Of a DNA stretch of 64,000 nucleotides, positions 53,132 to 64,000 are shown piece by piece; within the stretch, counting starts at the first letter, position 1; each line of letters opens with the position of its first letter. The position numbers and the translations under genes are program-made. The notes under the pieces were generated by a model. That model made no database searches, was not told where the DNA came from, and saw nothing but the letters and a program-made list of their open reading frames with translations. The stretch is from Octopus sinensis (lineage: Eukaryota). The stretch lies in assembly GCF_006345805.1 (NCBI RefSeq), contig NC_043002.1, positions 12,772,001 to 12,836,000 of the forward strand, given 5' to 3'.

Positions 53132-56100
53132 TTCGTTCCAACAACCGGTTAAACAACCATGCACAAGAAACCCACACCACTCGCAATGATTACCAGGGAA
53201 GGCCTCCTAGAACACCACACCCGAATATGGGATATCGGGACGCTCTTGTCTATACTGTTCCAAGAACACACACCTAAATCACAACAGGAGACCACACATC
53301 AACAAAGAACAACTATATAATAGCTACCGTCCCAACCACCGCATTCATTTTTTAGACCCAATACGCAAACACAGAGACACAAGATAGCACCAAACAAGCA
53401 GGAGGAACCAAAAGTGATAAAAATTATCAATCTAATTCACAAGGAACTAACAGCAAATCAAATAAACATACTTTCCAAAGGACTCAAGTTTACACCCACC
53501 CCACAACACCCCAACTACAATGAAATGAAAGAAGACATCACAGAATTCTGCAGAAAATTAAGACTTACTGAAGAGCTATACGACAAATACAACGAGGACG
53601 AATCGTTAGTCAGAAATAGGAGTAACTACACCCCCTCTAAAGGTAAGAACAAAACACTTGATGATTTCTGTGACCACATATCAAATTACCCATATCAACA
53701 TATGCACAAACAAAAACACAAACCAAACTTCAGCAAAAAAGAATGGGCTGAGTTGAACAAATTAAAACAAGATGAAACAATAACAATCAAAGAGGCCGAT
53801 AAAGGGAGTGCTGTTGTCTTAATGGATACGACATTTTACATAACTTTGGTACTATCTATGCTGGAAGACACAACATACTATGAAAAGGCACAAAACTACA
53901 GTCAACAAAAAATAATGAGGGAACTAAAATCCATGTTAAACCCATACAAAGAAGGGCTCACCGACAAAGAATATGATTATATGACCAATTTCACAAGTAA
54001 AACCAGCCAATTCTACGGTATACCTAAGATACACAAAAGTGAGAAAATAAGTAACGCATGCAAGATAGCTACAGACAAAATAATTAAAGTCCCTAATCCT
54101 AATGACCTCAAATTGAGACCCATAATAGCAGGTCCCGCATGCGAAACCCACCGCCTCAGTAACTTTTTAGACACCCTGTTAAAACCACTCCTCAAACATG
54201 TCAAAAGCTATATAAGGGACGACTTGGATATGCTCAATCACCTACCGAATACTATAAACAAAACACCATACTGGTATCCTTCGATGTAGTCAACCTCTAA
54301 TCCAATATCCCCCACAACCTAGGACTAGAGGCAATCCAATTCTGGCTAGAGAATCACGCCAACGAACTCCCACATCGGATCAAAAAAGAATTCGTGATAG
54401 AAGGGGTTAAATTCATCCTGGAAAATAATTTCTTCGCCCTCAAAGACAACTTCTACCGGCAAAAATCGGGGACTGCGATGGGTACACGAATAGCCCCCTT
54501 CTTTGCCAACCTAGTCATAGGATATCTAGAGATCAGTCTGTATCGTAATGTTCTAGAAAGATATGGCAGCCCTTTCTCCATCTACATAGAAAACAACTGG
54601 AAGAGATATCTAGATGACTGTTTCATTCTTTGGCATAAAAATATAGAAAAACTCAAAGAATTTCAAGAAATTTTAAACGGACTGGACGTAAACATCCAAT
54701 TCACGATGGAATATAGCCAGCAACAACTCCCCTTCCTCGATATCCTCATTAAGAAAGCTAATAATATAATAGAAACAGACATATATTATAAGCCTACAGA
54801 TTCTAAGCAATATCTTCCATTCAATTCATGCCACCCCAGACACACCAGGATGAATATCCCCTTCAATCTAGCAAAAAGGATATGCACTATAGTTTCTAAT
54901 GCAAACACCAGAGACACACGACTACAAGAACTAAAAGATACCCTTATCACCAGGAACTACCCACCTTCACTTATTGACATGTGCATTCAACGTGCCCTTC
55001 AACTGAACATCAAGGAACTGACACATCCTAAATCAAAGAAAAACTTACGACCAAAAGCCTTACCATACATCTCCACACACAACCCTCTCAATAATGAAGC
55101 CTTCGGCACCATCCTCCACAACATACCCCTCCTAAAAAAAGACCACAGAATGAACACAATCCTCCAAACACACACGATCATAAAAAGCAAGAGACAGCCT
55201 AAATCTATGAATAGTCTCATAACACAAGCCCGAATATACTCTTCAACACAGAAGCCGACAGTAAAAAAATGTGGAAGACCCAATTGTGGGATATGCGATT
55301 ATCTAATTGAGGGATCAGAGTTCTCCTTCAAACAGGGACAACGGTTTACAGTGAAAAGCAACTTCACATGTGCTTCGGAGAACCTGATATACACACTAAC
55401 CTGCTCTGGGTGTCAAGAGCAGTACTTAGGCCAAACAAAAAATAGTTTGCGTAAAAGAATGGCCCTGCACAGATCCCAGATAAAAATTCCCCAAAACAGA
55501 AAAATAGCTTTCAGCCAACACATAGATACTTGCGCCAACAACAAAACACCAAGCTTCAGGATTTTCCCCCTCTACCAATTTAGGGACGATACAACCTCGA
55601 GACAACGAATAAGTAAAGAAACTCTCTTTATTACAAAATACAGGCCACTTCTTAACGGGTCTACGACAAACGATTAATATACCTCAACTTTAGAATAACA
55701 GAAATATACACACACAAATATTACATTCCAAAGAATCCATTACAAATCAGCCCCAATCACAGCTATAATCCATAACGTGCCAACTTCAAGTCATACAACA
55801 CCTCACTACTTTCACTCATTCATATTCTCCCTTCTCGTTTTTCTTCTCCTTCCTCTTCTTCATCATCATCATCATTATCATCATCATCGTCGTCATCATC
55901 ATCACCATCATTATCATCTTCTTCTTCTCCTTCTCCTTTTTCTTCTTCTGATTCTTCTCCTTCTTCTTCTTCTTCATCATCATCATCATCATCAACATCG
56001 TCATCTTCTTCTTCTTCTTCTTCTTCTTCTTCTTCTTCTTCTTCTTCTTCTTCTTCTTCTTCTTCTTCTTCTTCTTCTTCTTCTGCTCCACCTTCTACCT

Positions 56101-56550
56101 CTTAACTTTATCACTAATGCTTTTTAGTATAACACCTACGCAAATTCCATAAACAAACCTTTCAATAGAAATATTCTCCTGAATTGAACTGCAACTGCTA
56201 GCCGCCACTGATCATTCAAAATACGACCATCAAGGCACTCCCAAATATTTCCACCCACTCTCCTCATCAGCCTCCTTCTTCTTCTACCCTACCAAGAATT
56301 CACAACACAAAAGTGCAAACAAGGGAGACAAAGAAAGGCAGAATGCAACTTATATTTGAACACGAAACAAATATTCCTTTAAAAAAACTTTTCTTTTAAT
56401 TTTTCTAAATTTAATTATTTAATAGTTACAGTTGAAAAGGTTTCAAAATGACCGAAACCGGTACTGAAATGTTCTTTATAAAATTATTTTAGCATTTTCT
56501 ATTTTGACTTGATTTTTCATAATTATCAACTCGTGTGTTCCTTTTACCCT
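53132..56550 (+). mobile_element. Penelope-like element, unit D (least decayed C-terminal half)
   Basis: ORFs 53414-54289 and 54394-55677 (427 aa, RT through GIY-YIG, with CGRPNCGIC). Confidence 0.92.
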
Positions 56551-56551
56551 T

Positions 56552-56634
<83 letters not shown>

Positions 56635-57993
56635 GCATGTATATGTATGTTGTTTTATTTAATTTACAATATATATACACACTAATTATGCAACTATTTA
56701 ACTGTATTTATAGAAACAAATAATACTTAGGCCTATAGTACCGTAGAAGTACTTATCTCAAAGGCGTGTATATACATATATGCATATATATACGCATACA
56801 TACATTTATACACATATGTGATATGTTGGAGTGTTAATGCATCAACCAAGCTTAGCCTTCTTAACATGTGGTTCTTGTGAATATAGTGGCTCTTGGAGAA
56901 AGTTTGATTGTTTAGACACACATATATATAGATATAGTTCTATATCTAAAAGATTCCACGGGCATACGGGGTAGTGGTTAAGAGCTCGGGCTACTAACCC
57001 CAAGATTCCGAGTTCGATTCCAAGCAGTGACCTGAACAACAATAATAATAATAATAATAACAACAGCATCGAAAGATACCATAGGAATGAGAACCCACGT
57101 TCAAAATTTCCCTAAGACACTTGATGAAGGATGGAGGGTATATCAGCCGAAACGTTGTGTTAACAAAAAACAAGATGAGGACAAATATCCGTGGAATGTA
57201 AATAATGTAAATAATATATATAAATGTCTTTGTAATTTGTTTTTTAAAACTTAACTATTGAAGGACCCTTCTATTTTATCCTTCTCACTTAAATTATCGA
57301 AATTGGAAAGTGAATACTTAATCATATTATTGTCTCACTTTGCTATTGAAAAAAAAAAAACATGAACGACCAATTCACATAAAGCTTTATTTATCTATTG
57401 TATTTCGGGACGGTCGTTTTTTATTACTTGTTTTGGTAAATAAACACACGCACTATATATTCGTTCTTCACCTGTTTATTTCTGTTTTTATTCTAAGTCC
57501 ATTGTCCGGAAATCATTCGTCACCCTTCTGTGACCTCTTCAGTGACACTTTCCGTTCTCGTATGTGCTCTTGCTTCGCTTAGACTATAAACGTTTATTTA
57601 TCTATTTTTACCCCTAAATAAAATTTTTAAATGGTAGCGTCATTGTGTTACAGATTATGTAAGAGAGGAAAGAATCGTTCAGTCTTTCTAACTCTAGAGA
57701 TATTTCAAAGAAAACCGAGGTCAAAGAGTTAGAAATAAACCTCAGTGGTAACGAAATGGTATGTACAGGTCTGTGGATGGCTTCTTGACAGTAATGTGAA
57801 TTAAAATTATTTCATTACCAGGTGTTCTTTTACTCGTTTCAGTCATTTGACTGTGGCCATGCTGGATCATCGCCTTTTTGTCGAAGAAATCGACCCCTGG
57901 ACTTATTCCTTGTAAGCCTGGTGCTTATTCTATCGGTCTCTTCTGCCGAACCGCTAATGTTACGGGGGCCATAAACACATCAACATCGGTTGT

Positions 57994-58033
<40 letters not shown>

Positions 58034-58618
58034 CATATGAAGGGCTTCTTTCAGTTTCCGTCTACCAAATCCACTCACAAGGCTTTGTTTGAACCAAAGC
58101 TATAGTAGAAGACACTTGCCCAAGGTGCCACGCAGTGGGGCTGAACCCGGAAGTGAACCATGTGGTCGGTAAGCAAGCTTCTTATCACACAACCACGTCT
58201 GCGCCTAGGAGAACTGAAGGAGAATCCTTTTCTCCCAGAATGCTATTTTTTCTCTATGACACAATGATGTAATAAAAGGATTTCATATATATTTTCGATT
58301 TAGCTGATTTCTGTTACTGCAGCCACAAGTTATTGAGTACTTTCACACAACAAAATCTAGAACTTTGAATGAATAGAATGAGATATCTTCTATCCATTTT
58401 CTCCGTAGGTGCAGGAGTGGCTGTGTGGTAATTAGCTTGTTTATCAACCACATGGTTCCGGGTTCAGTCCCACTGCGTGGCACCTTGGATTAGCGTCTTC
58501 TGCTGTAGCCTCGGGCCGACCAAATCTTTGTGAGTGAATTTGGCAGACGGAAACTAAAAGGAGCCCGTCGTATATACATACATATATACATACATACATA
58601 CACATATATATATATACA

Positions 58619-58736
<118 letters not shown>

Positions 58737-58994
58737 TATAATACATAAAAGTGTGTTATTGTCTCGAAGATTTTATGGTAGTTGTAAAGTCATTACCGTC
58801 TATTTCTAATTCAGTACGTGGCGAAGAAATTAGCTGAGCCCTGATTATAATTAAGTATATAATTATAGAATATTTTGTATAATTTACGTAAAAAGGTTTT
58901 TTAGCGTTCTGACTACTTGGTAAAATTATTAATTATTATTTAATTAGTTAATCAATTTTACTCTCTCTCTCTCTAAATATATATACATATATAC

Positions 58995-59050
<56 letters not shown>

Positions 59051-59076
59051 TTAGAGACAAAACTACTATATATATA

Positions 59077-59602
59077 GGAAAAAAGCAACAAGAATGGATC
59101 AAAATATCGGTACAATTGTTTCGTACGAAAACATCTTTAATAAGGCTACAAAAATTGCAGTAAATATAGAGGGCTCGTACTCATCAGCCGAAAAAACATC
59201 CGAGATTTCCAAACATCAAAGGGGGTAAAGTTACACTCGTGAAACATCATCGAAAGTTCTATAAAAATGGAAATTTAGATAAGAAATTGGTTTCTAAGAT
59301 TTCAATTAGTATTACACAGTCATATATCAGGTTTTTAAAAAGTATTTTCAAAACATCTTAGTTTCCCAGAAAGTGAAGAAAAAAGTGAGGGTGTGAATAT
59401 ATCCATATTGAAGAAAGTTGGATTCCTGGAGATATGAGGAGAAGTATTGTACTCACAGAATATGCGTTTGTCCATATATAGATTTTTTCGGCTGATGGGT
59501 ACGAGCCATCTATATTTACTGCAATTTTTGTAGCCTTATTAAAGATGTATTCGTACGAAAGAATTGTACCGATATTTTTATCCATTCTTGTTGCTTTTCT
59601 CC
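59077..59602. mobile_element. MITE copy D
   Basis: Same TIRs and TA flanks. Confidence 0.85.
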
Positions 59603-59723
59603 TATTTGTAATCACCCCACTTTATCGTATGGTTAACACCATATAGATTTCTGGTGCATTTTAGTGAAGTACTTTATTCATGTGAATTCAATAGAACTCA
59701 TTTGAATCTTAATTGCTTAAACC

Positions 59724-59778
<55 letters not shown>

Positions 59779-60064
59779 CACTCCGTCGGTTGCGACGATC
59801 AGAGTTCCAGCTAATCCAAACGATGGCCTTATCGTGAAATTACCTTTGCTGAGCACTCATAAACATACATACACTTATCTTAGTTTCTTTGAATGAATAT
59901 CTTAAAAGGAAACTCTCTAAGAAATCCCATCATATTCATACATATACAAATAAATATTTGTCTGTGCTAACTACATCCCCAAGGATGGAGCCTTGTATCT
60001 TTGCTGAAAACCGGCTCCCTCTTCATTGGAAGATTTATAATTATTAGAAAATTGAAGATACACG

Positions 60065-60102
<38 letters not shown>

Positions 60103-62622
60103 CACACATACATAGAGAGGTTTTTGCGTATTAACACAACCAATGATTTCATGTGGAAGGTATCTCCAGAATTTTTTCAGACAATCCTTTGAAAGTTGAT
60201 AATCGCCTCAGTTGTTAACTCCCTTACACTGGCCCTGGAATGTTGCAATAATTTGCGTTCGCTACAGATTAATAAATTCTTTAATTATCTTAAGCGTCCA
60301 AAATCTATGAAATCACCAAAATGATTATAAGCTCAATATCAGGTATCAAAACACACACACACACACTTGGTAATTAAGGAATTAGTAATTAATAGTGAAC
60401 GCATATAATTGCAAAACTCCATGGCCAGTGCAGAGGAGGTAAAAATTGCTATGGGTTAGCTCCCCTGATCTGTATATTTATTTTGAAATCCTGCGTAACC
60501 TTGCGTAGTTTCGTGTCTTCTCAAACGAAACGGACTTTATTACCATTTTCATATATTTATCCATAAATAAATGATACTTATTCACCAATGCAATGTTGAG
60601 TATTCATTCTCAGATTTCGATACTAACGTCTATATATATGTAAGTGTGTGTGTGTGTGTGTGTGTGTGAAGGTGCAATGGCCCAGTGGTTAAGGCAGCGG
60701 TCGTGAGATCGCGGTTTCGATTCCCAGACCGGGCATTTTCAGTGTTTATTGAGCGGAAACACCTAAAGCTCCACGAGGCTCCAGCAGGGAGTGGTGGCGA
60801 ATCCTGCTGTACTCTTTCACCATTACTTTCTCTCACTCTTTCTTCTGTGTTTCTGTTGTACTTGTATTTCAATGGGTCTGCCTTGTGACACACTGCGTCA
60901 CGCTGAATCTGCACGAGAACTTCGTTCAGGACACACAGCCACTTACACGTTACTTTTCCGAGCAGGCTATTCCGTTGATCGGATCAACTGGAACCCTTGT
61001 CATAGTAACCGATGGAGTGCCACGACATGTGTGTGTGTGTGTGTGTTTGTTAGTTTGTTTGCACCTCCGTGACCTAGCGGTTCGGCTAAAAGACTAATAG
61101 GAAAAGCATCAAACTTAAAACATAAGTACTTAAGTCGATGTTTTTGACGAAAATCCCTTGAAGGCGCTGACCCACCATAGTCGCAGCCCAATGACTGAAA
61201 GCAGTGTTATAGAACTTACCAGCTGTAATCAAAAAGTATCCAACCTTTTTTTTATTTTGCACAAAATAACAAAGCGTGAGCAAAATCTGCATGGGTATAC
61301 GCAAAGATTTCCCCCTGCAGTGATGTGTTGGGTACAGCCTTGAAGTGTGCTGTGAGATTGTTAAAGTCAAATTTTAAAAAAATATTACTTGCTTTTTGGC
61401 CAAAGTTCGGATAATGTTTGTCTACACCTAGTATTTGTAAATTTATTGGAATTTATAAATATTATGCACTAAAATGTTTCAGAATTCAAAAATTAAAGAA
61501 ATGGATGAAAATCAGATTTGCAGTTTTAAAGAACTTTATTTTTCACAAAAAAACATTTCTAAAAGTTATTGTATTTCAAGTCTTACTGGTTACAGAAAAC
61601 AGCCTTGCGATAATTGCTGATCTTGAAACGCAATTCTGAAATATACAAAATATGAATATATATATAGATATAAAAAAGATATAAAATTGCTTTAAAAAAT
61701 CTAGAAGTTAATCTTATCTTCCTAAAATAAATCCTTGTAGGTAAAAGACTTAAATTAGAAAATTGCGATCAAGTGTCTATAGTATTTGCATAATTTACTA
61801 TTTTTCTTTAGCCCTGGGCACATCGGAACGCTTAATCAATTACCATGGCATATTACTGACGAAGATCACAACGTTACATATGAACGTGACTTTGGTCCAT
61901 CACAGTATATAAGGCCAGCAATTTCCAATGACGATAGAAGCCGATACCAATAACACCACATTATATTCATTTCTTTACTGCCCACAAGGGGCTATACACA
62001 GAGGGGACAGTCAAGGACAAACAAACGGATTAAGTTTATTATATCGACCCCAGCGCGTAACTGGTACTTATGTAATCGACCCCGAAAGGATGAAAGGCAA
62101 AGTCGACCTCGGCAGAATTTGAACTCAGAACGTAACAGCAGACGAAATACGGCTACGCATTTCACCCGGCGTGCTAACGATTCTGCCAGCTCGACGCCTT
62201 ACATAATCTTTTCTACTATAGGAACAAGGCCTGCAATTTTGTGGAGGGGACTAGTAGATTGCGTGAACCCCAGTATTTCACTGGTACTTATTTTATCGAC
62301 CACGAAAGGATGAAAGGGTGAAGTTATACTCGGCGGAATTCGAACCCGAGTATAAACAGCCGGAACAAACAAAGCTAAGCCTTTTATCCGACGCTCTAAA
62401 GGGATTGATAACTCACCGTTTTAAACGGTTTCAAATTTTGATAGAAGGCGAATCATAGAGGAGTTAATGTTTGTCCAATTTCCATCTCATCTACCAAAAG
62501 CATTCTGACAGTTTTACTATTACTATGGCCGCTAGGACTCTAGATCTTTCTGTAATGCGATAATTTAGAAATAAACGTGTCAAACGAAATATAATAAAAT
62601 GAAATATAAAGAAGTTACTTAC

Positions 62623-62802
62623 ATTGGTTTTGACAATATGGCGGAGGAATTTCGCTACATCTTTGAGTTTGGGGGTCAAAGAAAAGATTGAATTGACACG
62701 GCATGGAAGGGTATGAGGTACGCTTGAAACAGGGAATATACCTGTGGCAGTCAGCAGGGTCACGGTTCATGCCGTCTGGGTATTGGTTACAGAGAGGATC
62801 AT
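62623..62802 (-). CDS. CBM14 gene D exon 2 (exon 1 expected right of the window)
   Basis: Same splice sites and peptide as the other copies. Confidence 0.9.
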
Positions 62803-63549
62803 CTGAAGAGAAAATGTTTTAATAAAGTTTTAATGCAAGCGCGATAATTAATTTTGGTCATATCTTGATTTTTAGAAAATGTAGTCACAAGGACCATATA
62901 TTATGAAATAGTATCAAATTATACAATATATACATCAGTTCACATATATACAAATGCAGATATATATTACTTCCGGGTTTCGTAGAGGAAAGACGCGTTT
63001 GCTTTTGCTCTGTGAAAAAAAACAAGAAGATTTGCATAAATCGACGAAATAATCTACTAAAACTAACAAAACGTAGAACTTGTTAACTCATAACGATCTA
63101 CTAAAATACATTAATTAAAAATATATTAATTAAAAACGTAATATATTTCGCTTGAAGCCAAATATAATACATTAAAGTTAGTTACGCATGCTAGATTCTT
63201 CGCCGTAAAAGCACGTGGTGGCAAGTCTTTAACTTATCTCCAACCAAATGTAAGAAGGAAAAAGAATTGTTCTCTTTTCTGTTTTGAAAGAAAACTTCTT
63301 CGTACAAGCACGAAGGTTTGGACTGTTCCTTTTACGATAAGTAACGTTTTCATATTTTTGTTTATTATTTTTTATTTTCCTTTAATGTAAGCTAACATCT
63401 CAGTTACGATTTACGACGCCATCTTTGTTTACATTCTGAGAATAACTTTCTTTCAATTTCTGTTTCGCTTTCAATTTATCTTTCATTTTATCTCTATAAA
63501 ACTAATATTTAAAAATTCGTTTCATATGTTTATTTTCATGTAATTTAAG

Positions 63550-64000
63550 CTTACGACTGAGAAATATAAGAGCATGGACAATTGCTAGTGGTGATCCGCC
63601 GAGCAACATCATCGCTGCCGCGCTAAACAACAATGGATTTCATAGAACCATTGACCAAATAGAGCGAATGAAAGGAGAATTTATCCGGTCTTACATGCTT
63701 GTAAGACCACACATCAAAACATTGGATAACATAATTGAAAAGTATTGTGGCAAGGCTGATGGGGATGAAGAGAACGAAAAGGAGAAGGAAGCCGGAAGTC
63801 TGTGTGATCCAGGAGTTCCTCAGGAAAATGGATCACCTACCTCGGTGACCGACCAGGTAGTGAAGGATAGGGCAGCCAAGCGAGCAGAAACCGGAAGCCC
63901 CCCTGTAGCAGTGGTCCAACAAAGAAATGAGAAATTAGAAAAACAGAAGGAAAAAGGAAGGACCGAAAACAAAAATAAGGAGGGAAAGGGAAGAAAAGGA
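63550..64000 (+). mobile_element. CR1-type LINE ORF1 start, unit D (partial)
   Basis: Matches 27250-27700. Confidence 0.9.

Overview
AT-rich, microsatellite-dense animal DNA; the SINE/LINE complement suggests a cephalopod (Octopus-like) genome, which is inference. Nearly the whole window is a head-to-tail tandem array of a 16-19 kb unit: A 738-17077, B 17078-35933, C 35934-52694, D 52695-end (partial). Each unit carries a minus-strand spliced gene for a small secreted protein with two chitin-binding type-2 (CBM14/peritrophin-A) domains. Its 180-nt exon 2 is missing from the ORF track in the true frame. The units also hold decayed CR1-type LINEs, R4/Dong-type fragments in (TAA)n, Penelope-like elements (RT + GIY-YIG) in (TA)n, a TA-flanked MITE and several tRNA-derived SINEs. 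Unit C alone has lost most of its LINE and gained a ~1.9 kb insert with an intact, intronless SAMM50 ORF. That insert ends in an A-tract followed by ~160 bp resembling a Penelope 3' end with a hammerhead-like motif, which suggests Penelope-mediated retroposition of a host mRNA. Hammerhead-like motifs also occur in three other repeat families here, including a U3-A8 covariant core in the Penelope copies.
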